DNA of 64,000 nucleotides from Lysobacterales bacterium (GCA_028285525.1 JANQOZ010000106.1:18822-82821), one strand, 5' to 3'; positions 39,589 through 49,195 are shown, counted from the stretch's first letter. Translations and numbers: made by a program. Notes: generated by a model from the sequence alone, not told the origin.

Positions 39589-41685
39589 CTACCAAACCAA
39601 TTCTCGGACAATAAAGTACGCCTCTAAAACGGCATTCTGCTGCCGCTGACGTTCCGGCAAAATGGCCGCCCGGATTTCATCATTGAGCCATTGACGCCAC
39701 GCGGCACGTTCATCGAGAGGCTTGGTTTTTTCTTCGTTAAGCAGCTCAACAATTCGCTCAAGCACGGCATACCCGCCGGATTCCTCCGGCCAGGATGCGC
39801 CCTCGGGCACAACATATGATTCGGGCAGGGTCACAGAATTGCCGGAAAGATACCGCTGCCAGTAATTTGCGAGGAAGTGGTCAAATTTCTCGTTGATGCA
39901 TGGCAGATGAACCACGCGTCCTGCCCGAATAATCTCATCCGGCAGCTGGTAGACGCCTCCATCCTCTGTAAAGAGCTCGGGGTATTCGTACTGCTGGTGA
40001 TAGGCTTCTGAGTAGGTCAAGCAGCCGTAACGTTGTTTATTGCCGGTGATCCGGGCACGCAGGAAATCACTGCAGGGTATGTTGGATTTTTGTAATCGTC
40101 CCATCCGGGTCACGTTCATGCCGGCTGTCGGCGTATAGAAATGGAAGCCCGGCGTTCCCGGAAGGGCCTGTGGATTGTTCATGATGCTCTTGCATTGATA
40201 AATGACCTCAATGAACCGCTTGATTTGTTCGTCTTCCGGTGGTTCATAGTCCGCCATCAAGGCGCGGTAATCAGACAGCGTCAAAGGTCGTGATTCCAGC
40301 CACTTCAGAAGAACTTGCGGCTCTCTTCGAACGGGAGTCTCCGGTTGGTCGCGAGGTGTCGTTTGGTCATCGAAGGGAGAGCGCCATCCGCTTTTTTCAA
40401 ATAACGGGTATCTGTTTTTGCTGCTCCGCCAGGGATCTTTCGGCACAGCCAGCTCGTCCCAGGCTAATTCACGACCTTCAGTGATTTGGCTGGGCGACAT
40501 GCGCTTTTCGAGCTTCTGTCGAGCTTTAAGGGCCTTCCGATCGCCCCGTAGGTATCCAAGTGTGCACCATGCATACGCGGCGCTGAGGTTCTTGACGACT
40601 CCGGTACCGGTCGCCAGGTTTTGAGCAAGTTGTCGTTCGTGGCCTTTGAATTGAGCTTTTCGGGCAATGACCAGATGATAGTGCGCCTTTGCAAGATCCT
40701 GCGGCACCCCCAGTCCGCGGGCATAGAGATTCGCCCATGCCTCGTGAGCGTGAGAAGCGCCAGCCGGAGGCATTGAGCCCTTGAGGAGATTGAAAGCTTC
40801 GACGTGATGATCGGGATTGTCAGACAGGGTCAGCAACCTGGCGGCGTTCTCCGCCATGCCGACTGCCTGATAGATCTCTACGGCCCTTTCCGGATTGTGT
40901 TCGACTCCGTCGCCTTTTTCGAGGAGTTTGGCCAGCTCCCTCCCACACCAGGGGTCTCCTTCTTCGTACCCTTTTTCGAAACAGCGTGCGGCGTTCACGT
41001 AATCACTCGTCGAAAACCGCATACCGCAGTACAGCATGCCGAGGTGATACCAAGCCTTGCCGATTCTCGCTGCAGCGGCAACCCAGGCCTTGTGCCGCCA
41101 GTATTCACTTTTCTGTGGATCGAAATAGGGGCAGTCCGCCTGGCTGTAGGCTTCGGCAAGAAACAGGGCAGCCCCAGCAGCCGCTGCGTCTTCGGTATCG
41201 GAGGCTTCGCCCAGCTCCATTAATGCCCGGTTCACATCTTTTGCTGTGCCGGTGCCGTTGAGCATCATCACGCTTGTATTGAAGGCCGCATTGAGGCGCC
41301 GTTCGCGAGCCAATCGATACCAATTGAAAGCAGCCTCTGGGTCTTGGTCTTCAAAGGCCCGGTTCGCCAGGTCGAACGCGATGAACTCGGCACCCTTGTG
41401 GTGCGCCTCGCGGCCGAACTTCCTGGCCAGCTTTCGGTTTTGACGCACGCCAAAGTTGCCGCTGAAGAAACAGTGGCTGATCCACGCCAGCTGCTCAGAG
41501 CTTGCCGTCTTTGCGTGCTTAATGAGCCATTTGTCAGCCCGACCTGGGCCCAAGATCGCCTGCCAGTAGGCTTCTGTGAGCGAACTTTTTGGTTGAGCCT
41601 TTTGTTCCGGCACAGAGTTCCTCAGCCAATGCTGGGCGAAGATAAGAGCCAGAGTGATCAGGCCGGGGAAATACCAGGAGTCCAC
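39589..41685 (-). CDS. Membrane-anchored Sel1-like repeat (SLR) protein with an uncharacterised ~270-aa C-terminal domain
   Basis: 698 aa with a GTG start and an N-terminal TM helix (FPGLITLALIFAQHWL). Multiple Sel1-type repeats are present (e.g. AWANLYARGLGVPQDLAKAHYHL, GKAWYHLGMLYCGMRF, ELAKLLEKGDGVEHNPERAVEIY). The C-terminal region has no motif I recognise. Confidence 0.8.
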   Translation of the reverse strand: MDSWYFPGLITLALIFAQHWLRNSVPEQKAQPKSSLTEAYWQAILGPGRADKWLIKHAKTASSEQLAWISHCFFSGNFGVRQNRKLARKFGREAHHKGAEFIAFDLANRAFEDQDPEAAFNWYRLARERRLNAAFNTSVMMLNGTGTAKDVNRALMELGEASDTEDAAAAGAALFLAEAYSQADCPYFDPQKSEYWRHKAWVAAAARIGKAWYHLGMLYCGMRFSTSDYVNAARCFEKGYEEGDPWCGRELAKLLEKGDGVEHNPERAVEIYQAVGMAENAARLLTLSDNPDHHVEAFNLLKGSMPPAGASHAHEAWANLYARGLGVPQDLAKAHYHLVIARKAQFKGHERQLAQNLATGTGVVKNLSAAYAWCTLGYLRGDRKALKARQKLEKRMSPSQITEGRELAWDELAVPKDPWRSSKNRYPLFEKSGWRSPFDDQTTPRDQPETPVRREPQVLLKWLESRPLTLSDYRALMADYEPPEDEQIKRFIEVIYQCKSIMNNPQALPGTPGFHFYTPTAGMNVTRMGRLQKSNIPCSDFLRARITGNKQRYGCLTYSEAYHQQYEYPELFTEDGGVYQLPDEIIRAGRVVHLPCINEKFDHFLANYWQRYLSGNSVTLPESYVVPEGASWPEESGGYAVLERIVELLNEEKTKPLDERAAWRQWLNDEIRAAILPERQRQQNAVLEAYFIVRELVW

Positions 41686-41847
41686 CTTGTTTTCTCATAA
41701 GTCTTGGCTTGGATGAGAAGTGCGGTTTCCGACTCCAATCTCTCAGGCTCGAATGAACCGTCTGCAAGCCAAGTGACGAAACTGGCAGGGGTTCTCCGAT
41801 CGGGTCAATCGGTCCTCTTTTTCCGCTGACCGTCTGGTGCTTCTAGC

Positions 41848-42240
41848 TCAGCCCACTCGATAAATACCACAGATCTTGTGCCCGTCCGGATCCCGGAAAT
41901 AGCACAGGTGCATGGCCCCCGCTGAGTTGTCGCGGAGGCCCGGTGGATCTTCGATGCTGGTGGCGCCGTTGGCGACCGCCACGTCGTGGAACTCTTGGAC
42001 CTGTTCGGGTGAGGCGCAGTTGAAGCCGATGGTCGATCCATTGCTAATACTGGCGTCTTCGCCATCGATGGGTTCGGTCAGGCAGAACACCGATCCATCG
42101 TGTACATAGAAGATCCTGGTGTGGCCGGTGTCGTTGACGTTGGTCATTCCCTCGCGCGCTCCGATGACGCCAAGGACGGTGTCATAAAACTTTCGGGCGT
42201 TTTCAATATCGCTGGTTCCGATCATCACGTGGTGGATCAT
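41848..42240 (-). CDS. VOC family (glyoxalase/bleomycin-resistance/dioxygenase fold) protein
   Basis: 130 aa. MIHHVMIGTSDIENARKFYDTVLGV ... YFRDPDGHKI are the paired beta-alpha-beta-beta-beta module signatures. Confidence 0.85.
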   Translation of the reverse strand: MIHHVMIGTSDIENARKFYDTVLGVIGAREGMTNVNDTGHTRIFYVHDGSVFCLTEPIDGEDASISNGSTIGFNCASPEQVQEFHDVAVANGATSIEDPPGLRDNSAGAMHLCYFRDPDGHKICGIYRVG

Positions 42241-42428
42241 GGGTGGGTCTCCAAATGGCTTTCCCGATTCTACTTCTCCTGGCGCTCTCCTCGAAAGGGT
42301 TCAGGGCCATCCGGATGGGGAATTCCTGTCGTTGATTAGCAGCCGGAAACTGTGGCGGGATTCTGGAGTCGTATTGAAAGGGTCATGCGTTCGATATTTC
42401 GCAGACCCGTTAAACGAGAGGGGAGTTC

Positions 42429-43040
42429 ATGAGTATCGAGTTCATTCTAACGTCGCTGGTTGTTGTTCTGCTGCCGGGCACTGGGGTTTTGTACACGCTG
42501 GCTGTCGGGCTGGGGCGCGGCTTTTTGGCGAGTGTCGCCGCCGCTTTTGGCTGTACTCTCGGCATCGTTCCAGCGGCAGCGGCGAGCCTGGTGGGCCTGG
42601 CCGCCGTGTTTCACACCAGCGCGCTGGCGTTTCAGGTCGTGAAGTATCTTGGCGTCGCCTACCTACTTTATATGGCGTACAGCATCCTTCGCAGCGGCGG
42701 CACGCTGGACGTTGACGAAAATCGCGCGGCGGAGCCGCATTGGCGAACCGCGCTCAACGGAACGCTGATCAACGTCCTGAACCCGAAGCTTTCGCTGTTT
42801 TTTCTGGCGTTTCTCCCACAGTTTGTTGACCCGCAGCGCAGTGGCGCAACGCTGGAAATGGTGCTGTTGGCAGCGGTATTTATGCTGCTGACCTTCGCCG
42901 TCTTTATCGCCTACGGCGCGTGCGCGTCGCTCGCCCGCGACTACGTGATCTCTCGACCGGAGGTTATGAACTGGCTGAAGCGGGGTTTTGCCGCCACCTT
43001 TGGTTTTCTCGGCGTGAAGCTGGCGCTGAGCGAACGCTAG
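42429..43040 (+). CDS. LysE/RhtB family amino-acid exporter
   Basis: 203 aa with six predicted TM segments. N-terminal LLPGTGVLYTLAVGLGRG and NPKLSLFFLAFLPQFV are family motifs. Confidence 0.9.
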   Translation: MSIEFILTSLVVVLLPGTGVLYTLAVGLGRGFLASVAAAFGCTLGIVPAAAASLVGLAAVFHTSALAFQVVKYLGVAYLLYMAYSILRSGGTLDVDENRAAEPHWRTALNGTLINVLNPKLSLFFLAFLPQFVDPQRSGATLEMVLLAAVFMLLTFAVFIAYGACASLARDYVISRPEVMNWLKRGFAATFGFLGVKLALSER

Positions 43041-43088
43041 GACAGCGTTTCCGCCCATCATTCCCGACAGCAGGGTGCCCGACCCGGT

Positions 43089-44015
43089 TCAAGGCGTTTC
43101 GAGTGAATCAGAAAATATGCGCGGGTGCTCGATCATCGTTCCAAAAAAAACGTCGAACTGGTTCTGCACCTCGCAGCTGGAAAATCTGAGTCCCTGGGTG
43201 AGTCGAGCGGCAGCCTGATAGCCGCCACCGGCTCGCGAAGCCGCCGCGCAGGTGCTGGAAATCGCCAGCGGGTCGCTGGGGAGCCTCAAACCGCCCGGGC
43301 GTGCTCCGGAAGTGTTGACGCCGACCAAGGCGTGCAGCATGTAGCGGCGCTCAGTCGCGGTGCCAAACTGCTCAGGCGAAAGGGCGAGCAATACCGCATC
43401 AAAATCGGCGCCTGCGGCCTCGGCAGCAGTGGTTGAGGTGACCGGTGAATCGGATAGGACACCCATACGAAAGGTGCACTCGATTCGATCGTCGGTCAGG
43501 ATGATGATCTGTTTGAAGGCATTCGGACGAAGCCATGCGGACCAACCCGCTGGCTGCTGAAAGAACTCGTCAACGATGGCGCCGTCGAACGTCTTGAACA
43601 TATTGCACCAGGTATCGAAACTCAGATTTCTCACGCTGTAGTGCTTGAAGTTTGGCGTGTTGGCTGGCTCCGGAGGATTGAAGGCGCAGGCGCCAAAGGG
43701 GATGGCGCCAAGCGGATTCTCGAAACACAGCTCTGCCGTATTGGTCCCAAAGTCACCGATCACAATCACCTGCGGATCCATGCCGGCGTCCTCGAGAGGC
43801 TGAACCAGACTCGGGTACAGGTTCTGCTCCAGCGCCGCGTTTTCTGTGCCCATGCTGACGGAATTGTCGACCGCAATGATGATGTCCCAGGGTGCGCTCA
43901 GGACGTCGGGGGAGACGTCACCGGCGGATGGCGAGCTGAAATATGTAAGAAAACTCATTACCCAAAGGCTCCGCAAGAATCCGCTGTGCATAACTGACTT
44001 CCCGTTTAACTTCAC
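43089..44015 (-). CDS. Hypothetical exported protein, possibly vWA-like
   Basis: 308 aa. IIAVDNSVSMG resembles a vWA MIDAS DxSxS motif. The protein ends IFSDSLETP-stop. The signal peptide is weak. Confidence 0.5.
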   Translation of the reverse strand: MKLNGKSVMHSGFLRSLWVMSFLTYFSSPSAGDVSPDVLSAPWDIIIAVDNSVSMGTENAALEQNLYPSLVQPLEDAGMDPQVIVIGDFGTNTAELCFENPLGAIPFGACAFNPPEPANTPNFKHYSVRNLSFDTWCNMFKTFDGAIVDEFFQQPAGWSAWLRPNAFKQIIILTDDRIECTFRMGVLSDSPVTSTTAAEAAGADFDAVLLALSPEQFGTATERRYMLHALVGVNTSGARPGGLRLPSDPLAISSTCAAASRAGGGYQAAARLTQGLRFSSCEVQNQFDVFFGTMIEHPRIFSDSLETP

Positions 44016-44192
44016 TCCTTTAACGTTGTCGTTTCAAAAAACTGCACACAAAGCGCCACCGCCAACCGCAATCCACCGGCTGTCCTGGCAGTAAAGCTCC
44101 TGACGGCTGTCCGTCAGGAGCCGGTCAACCTTTCGTCAAGTTTCTTCCTGGATGACGGCTTAGCCTGACGCTGTACTCAAGGAGAAGAAGCC

Positions 44193-45983
44193 ATGCGAAG
44201 TGTTACGGGGTTGTTAGCGGGACTGATTCTGGCCACTGTCCAGGCGGCGTCAATCGAAACCACGATTACCTATCAGGGCCAGTTGTCTCAGGCAGGAGAG
44301 CCGGCCAGCGGCAACTTCGACCTGGAGATGCGCCTATTCGATGTCGCTGATGGTGGTCTGGAGATTGTCCCGGTGATCAATCTTCAAGACGTTTCCGTGG
44401 CGGACGGCCTGTTTACGGTTGAGCTGGACTTCGGTCCGACCCCCTACGCCGGAGATCAGCTCTGGCTCCAGGTCAGCGTCCGCGAAGGTGGAAGCAGCGG
44501 CGGCTTTACACAGCTTCTGCCAAGACAAAAAGTCACGCCCGCGCCGTACGCGCTACACGCGGAAATGGTGGCGGTTGGCGCGGTCGCGGGTGCCGAGATC
44601 GCTGACGGGACCATCGGCGTGGCGGATATCAACATCAGCCAGGTGCAGCAGCGGATCGGGGCCGACTGCCCGTCCGGAAGCGCCATCAGGCAGATTGACG
44701 CCATCGGTGCGGTGGTCTGCGAAACTGATGACGATACAACCTACACTGCGGGTGACGGCCTGGCGTTGGCCTCAAACGCGTTCAGCGTCGACTTTACAGG
44801 CGACGGCGTGGCATCGACGGCGGCGCGTAGCGACCATCTCCACGAGGATCGCTATGGTGCCGGGGACCTTGCAGTGCGCGTTGTGGCCGGCGGTTCACCC
44901 GCTGAAAACGGTGCCGCGCTACTTGCTGCTGTCGCCGGCATAACCGACGCCTCTGCCGCCCGGCCCTACACCATCCTGCTATCGGGCGGCGTGTTTGATC
45001 TACCGGCCGCGGGGGTCGTGCTGAAACCGTTTGTCAGCCTTAAGGGGGTTTCAACTGAGAGCACCGTACTGACTGCGCCCGGCAGCGACAGTTTCGGCGC
45101 GGCACAGGCGACAGTGACGCTGAGTGACGGCGTCAGAGTTGAGCGCCTGACCGTTATCAACACAGCTGGGGACACCAACAGCGCGATCGCCATTCTGGCC
45201 ACCGGCGAGGGGTTTCGCCTGAGCGACCTGAATATTCGCGTTGAGCCCACGACATCCTTCCTGGTGAGCGGGCTGACGTCGATCAACAGCAGCAACGCCA
45301 TCAGTGGTCGCCTGTCGCGCGTGAACATCGAGGTTGATGACGGCAATGGCCTGGGAGCCAACGACCCAACTGGCGACATTGTCGAGCTTGTAATCGAAGA
45401 CAGCGTGATCCGGGTCAACGGAGCCGGAACTGGCATCAGCGACCCGGGCCTCGATTCGAGCGGAACGATGCAGGTGAAAAACAGCCTGGTCGAAGTCCTT
45501 GGCGGGGGCACTGGATTCGCCGTCAGCGCGAGCAACCTGAGTGACAACCTGACGTTGGACGGCGTTGAGGTTCGGGTCAGCGGTGGTGTCGGCGCTAACC
45601 GCGGCTTGTTTCGTGCCGGTAGCGGGTTTCGGGTATTGGTCCGATCGAGCGTCATTGATGTGTCCGGAGCCAGCGGTAGTGCTGCGGTACGCTTCAACAA
45701 CGGTCGTGTGACGATACAAAACTCCCGCATCCGGGCGCCGATTGGTCTGCTCGCGAGCAGCAACGGATCGTTTGCTGGCGGCTTCTTCTTAGACAGCAGT
45801 GTGCTTGACGTCGGAACAGCTATTCAGATCGAAGGTTCCAGCACTGGCACCCACCAGGTAAGAGTCGGTGCCAGCAAAATCGACGCCTCCAATATCGTCA
45901 ATGTGGTCTCAGGCCTCGCCAACCTGGTGTGCGTGAACGCCTACGATGAGAATTACCAGGCTTTGGGTAGCGACTGCCTGTAA
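44193..45983 (+). CDS. Secreted protein with a tail-fibre-like N-terminal module and a beta-helix C-terminal half
   Basis: Signal peptide MRSVTGLLAGLILATVQAAS. ITYQGQLSQAGEPASGNFDLEMRLFD...DGLFTVELDFG and TYTAGDGLALASNAFSVDF...ARSDHLH resemble motifs common in tail-fibre-like exported proteins. Repetitive V/I-x-x-S/G rungs follow. Confidence 0.6.
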   Translation: MRSVTGLLAGLILATVQAASIETTITYQGQLSQAGEPASGNFDLEMRLFDVADGGLEIVPVINLQDVSVADGLFTVELDFGPTPYAGDQLWLQVSVREGGSSGGFTQLLPRQKVTPAPYALHAEMVAVGAVAGAEIADGTIGVADINISQVQQRIGADCPSGSAIRQIDAIGAVVCETDDDTTYTAGDGLALASNAFSVDFTGDGVASTAARSDHLHEDRYGAGDLAVRVVAGGSPAENGAALLAAVAGITDASAARPYTILLSGGVFDLPAAGVVLKPFVSLKGVSTESTVLTAPGSDSFGAAQATVTLSDGVRVERLTVINTAGDTNSAIAILATGEGFRLSDLNIRVEPTTSFLVSGLTSINSSNAISGRLSRVNIEVDDGNGLGANDPTGDIVELVIEDSVIRVNGAGTGISDPGLDSSGTMQVKNSLVEVLGGGTGFAVSASNLSDNLTLDGVEVRVSGGVGANRGLFRAGSGFRVLVRSSVIDVSGASGSAAVRFNNGRVTIQNSRIRAPIGLLASSNGSFAGGFFLDSSVLDVGTAIQIEGSSTGTHQVRVGASKIDASNIVNVVSGLANLVCVNAYDENYQALGSDCL

Positions 45984-46004
45984 CGGCTTGTCTTCTTAGG
46001 CGTA

Positions 46005-46847
46005 CTAGAAAGGCGCACTGCGCCCCGGCGCCTGCGCCAGTTTTTGGTATTCGCCCGGGGTGACGCCGAACGCTTTACGAAACACCCGGGTGAAATGGCT
46101 TTGGTCTGCGAAGCCCGTGATCTGCGAGACCAGCGACAGGTCGTTGCCTTCGTTGATCAGCTCTCGCGCCCTGGCCAGCCGTAGTTGTCGGAAGTAATTG
46201 CCCGGCGTGACGCCATGACACGCGTGAAAGTCTCGGATGACCTGATTGCGACTGACCTCGGTCTCATTGGCCAGCCTTTGAAGGTCAATCGGCTGATCCA
46301 GGTGTTTTCGCATCAGCGCTTCGTACGCTGGCGTTCTTTGCTGCGACCGATCGGTCTCCAGATCGTCCTTCGGCGGCGTCGCTGATACCGCGAAGCGGTC
46401 CACGAGCTTTGCGAGCGCCTCAATGGCGCTGGACTGACGATCCAACAGCTCGCCCTGCTGACTGGCCCGATGCGCCGAGAGGAGCGTTTGCGCCATGTCT
46501 TTGTCGGCAATTTTTGGCGCCGCAAGCTTTACGCCAGCAGCCAGGCCGGCCGCAGCGCCGAGTTCTTCCATCAGCTCCCCCGAAAGGTACCAGGTCTTGT
46601 GCGACCAGTGGCCGTCTTCGATGGGACCGCAGCCGTGCAGCTCTCCAGGGTTGGCAACGGCAATCTCTTCGGCTTGAACTGTGATCGTGTCTCCCTGGTG
46701 ATGAAAAGCTTTCCGGCCTGAGTCCAGGACGATGATCGAGTAAGCGTCATGGGCGTGCACCGCGTGCTCGTGGGGCCCGGGTTCCGCGCTGAACAGCGTC
46801 AAGCCATCAATTTCGGGGTGAAGCGCAAGCGTTGTAGCGGTGCCCAT
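46005..46847 (-). CDS. AraC family transcriptional regulator (cupin sensor + HTH)
   Basis: The C-terminal AraC HTH is RNQVIRDFHACHGVTPGNYFRQLRLARARELI...ITGFADQSHFTRVFRKAFGVTPGEY. The ATG at 46847 (MGTATTLALHPE) is preferred to the track start at 46928. Confidence 0.85.
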   Translation of the reverse strand: MGTATTLALHPEIDGLTLFSAEPGPHEHAVHAHDAYSIIVLDSGRKAFHHQGDTITVQAEEIAVANPGELHGCGPIEDGHWSHKTWYLSGELMEELGAAAGLAAGVKLAAPKIADKDMAQTLLSAHRASQQGELLDRQSSAIEALAKLVDRFAVSATPPKDDLETDRSQQRTPAYEALMRKHLDQPIDLQRLANETEVSRNQVIRDFHACHGVTPGNYFRQLRLARARELINEGNDLSLVSQITGFADQSHFTRVFRKAFGVTPGEYQKLAQAPGRSAPF

Positions 46848-46946
46848 AGCTGCTCCGATGGTGACAGGTGAGTCGAAGCATGAGATGACGTGGGACAAGC
46901 TGTTGTGACGCCAATCACAGTGCAGCAACCCTGCCTGTCTTCCACG

Positions 46947-48914
46947 TCAATTTGGCGTCTCAAACGAATCTCGGAAGAGGTCGTTCGACGTTGCCCTGAC
47001 CGACATGTAGGCGTTGTACTCCGCCATGAACGTGGCGTCCGTGGCGATGTTGCGACCGCCGATGTAGGTCAGCTGGCCGGTGCCGCTGACGGTACCGTCC
47101 ACGTCGATCATCAGGCTGTCTTCCAGGTCAACGCCTTCGCGACCCATGTACCAGAATCCGGGGGTGTCGATGAGCGTGATATTGGACGCCCGGAGATAGG
47201 GAGAGGTGTCCAGAACATCCTTCCACATCGTAAACGCGCCGGGTGCAAAGCCGACAAAGGTCACGTTATCCACCCGCGGGTTGTCCCCGCCGCGTCGTCC
47301 GCCCTGAAAATGCATGCCGCCGCCGAGGTGTCGACGATTCCCGATAATTTGATTCTCGCCGCCGATGAGATTGTCGGTCTGCTGAATGGCGACGATATTC
47401 TCAATGTTGGATTGGTGGTTGAAAATCGCCATGGAGCTGTCGGCGATGATTGAGTCTCGAAAGGTGTGGTTGCGATTTTCCAGCCACGCGCCGGCCAGGG
47501 AATTCTTGTAGGCGGTGAACTGCTCGAAGACCACGTTCTTACCGAGACCCGCGTAGTGGGTCACCATCAGCCCGCTGGTGCGGGTCTTCGGACCATAGGT
47601 GGGAATGCCGCCACCGGGCAGCACGCGATAGTGGGAGTGAGCGACGTTGCCGCGAAAAATGTTCGGCGTCTCGTTGTACACAATAAACTGCTGATCCCGA
47701 TGGCCGATAACCTGCGAATCGAAGAAAAACCCGATGCCCTGGGCCCCGCCCGCTGCGTGGTTGTCCTCGATGATGTTGTGATAGCTACGCATCCAGAACC
47801 CTGACGGGCGATGCTCCGCCTGGTCCGACTCAGTGTGGTCATCGCGCGGAAACGAGAAGTCTTCGTTGGGTCGCCGCTTGTACAACACCGCCAGGTTTCT
47901 GAGATAGGCGTTGCCCACCTCGGTGCCTGTCTCGGACGGCACGTAGGCATGACCCCACACGTCGTAAACAACGTTGTCGCTCACCAGCACGTTGTTCACC
48001 TCGTGGGTGACCACACCGCGCTGAAAACTGTTGTGGATGCTGGTGTCGCGGATGTAGCTGCCGCTCGCATCCAGCCCGGGATCTGAGGGGCCATGCCAGT
48101 GGGCTGGATAGCGGCCCTGTTTACGGAGCTGGCCGCCGCGCGTCATCTCGACTCCCGAGATCTGTACCTGGCTGTGAGGCATAAACATGGCGTGGAAGCC
48201 AAAGTGATCTGCCTCGGAGGACTCGGGCGCCTGGATCCGAACGTTCCGGGTCAACAGGCCGACCTCAGCTCGCACGTCGAGGTCGCGACCGACAATCGTT
48301 TTGACATGGCCGAGGTGCGGATAGGCGAGCGCCGGCGTAACCGACACGGTATTCCCATCGATCGCCGTAATCGACAGCTTCTCAGATTCTTCAGCATGGA
48401 AACCGCTGGCGGCAATCACGATTTCTTCCCCGATCGACCAGCCTGGCGCAGTTGCCAGCGTCAGCTCAGTGTCACCCGGATTCACGTCGGCCGCGAGCTG
48501 CGTCCAGCTCGTTTTGGCCGCGCTGGCGCCGTGCAGGGATAGCGAGCCGCCGCCCATGACCCCAAGCACCCGGTTGCCCATGGCCCCGCTACCCAGGTCG
48601 GGTTCGGTCAGCTCGATCACCGCGTTGGCGGTGAAGGGTTGAGTGGCGGTGCCCACCTCCAGAGTGCCGCCTGTGTGAATCATGATGCGCGCCACCTCCA
48701 GGCGTAAGTCCTGATCCGCAAAGGTCAGCGTCCCCATGACGTCGAGTGAACCCAGCGGTGGCGGCGAGACGTCGAGCGTGATGACCTGGCCAGCTGGAAT
48801 CGTGACGTTCTCACCAATCCCCGGAACGCCACCCGGCCAGCTGGCCGGGTCCGACCAGTTTCCGGCGTTAGCAGCCACCGCAAGAAAAAGCAGGGAAAGC
48901 GCTAGAAGCTTCAT
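46947..48914 (-). CDS. Secreted G8-domain / right-handed beta-helix protein
   Basis: The ATG at 48914 gives the signal peptide MKLLALSLLFLAVAANAG. The G8 domain signature is NWSDPASWPGGVPGIGENVTIPAGQVITLDV...LGSLDVMGTLTF...IHTGGTLEVGT. Beta-helix repeats follow. The protein ends LFRDSFETPN-stop. Confidence 0.8.
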   Translation of the reverse strand: MKLLALSLLFLAVAANAGNWSDPASWPGGVPGIGENVTIPAGQVITLDVSPPPLGSLDVMGTLTFADQDLRLEVARIMIHTGGTLEVGTATQPFTANAVIELTEPDLGSGAMGNRVLGVMGGGSLSLHGASAAKTSWTQLAADVNPGDTELTLATAPGWSIGEEIVIAASGFHAEESEKLSITAIDGNTVSVTPALAYPHLGHVKTIVGRDLDVRAEVGLLTRNVRIQAPESSEADHFGFHAMFMPHSQVQISGVEMTRGGQLRKQGRYPAHWHGPSDPGLDASGSYIRDTSIHNSFQRGVVTHEVNNVLVSDNVVYDVWGHAYVPSETGTEVGNAYLRNLAVLYKRRPNEDFSFPRDDHTESDQAEHRPSGFWMRSYHNIIEDNHAAGGAQGIGFFFDSQVIGHRDQQFIVYNETPNIFRGNVAHSHYRVLPGGGIPTYGPKTRTSGLMVTHYAGLGKNVVFEQFTAYKNSLAGAWLENRNHTFRDSIIADSSMAIFNHQSNIENIVAIQQTDNLIGGENQIIGNRRHLGGGMHFQGGRRGGDNPRVDNVTFVGFAPGAFTMWKDVLDTSPYLRASNITLIDTPGFWYMGREGVDLEDSLMIDVDGTVSGTGQLTYIGGRNIATDATFMAEYNAYMSVRATSNDLFRDSFETPN

Positions 48915-49195
48915 AGACCATTCCTTTCTCGATCGGCAGCGGGAAGCGGTGCCGGACTGGGATTCACTATCGAAGCAACGTTTGACAGTCGTATAGAACA
49001 GAATCAACGTGCGCCGCGCAGACGCGCAGTGAATTGTCCAATCTGTGACCCACTTCCGAAGAAAAGCGGTTTGGGAGAATTGGAAATGCATCGACAGGCC
49101 GGTCATCCGGCGTGCCTCTCGGAGCCACCCCTTTAGTTGCCGAAAAATCGGCCGTTACTTTAGGTGTCGTCTAACGGGAGTGGGCAAAGGAACGC

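Noticed and set aside
48915-49106. N-terminal extensions offered by the ORF track, such as the G8 protein at 48915-49106. Others: 61884-62087 (PhzF), 23570-23704, 24096-24134, 17827-17940, 17955-18011, 53979-54008, 51738-51767 and 46848-46928
   Set aside because: In each case a downstream ATG gives a canonical signal peptide or family-typical N-terminus, often with a better Shine-Dalgarno sequence. Several upstream starts are TTG/GTG codons that the track renders as M.
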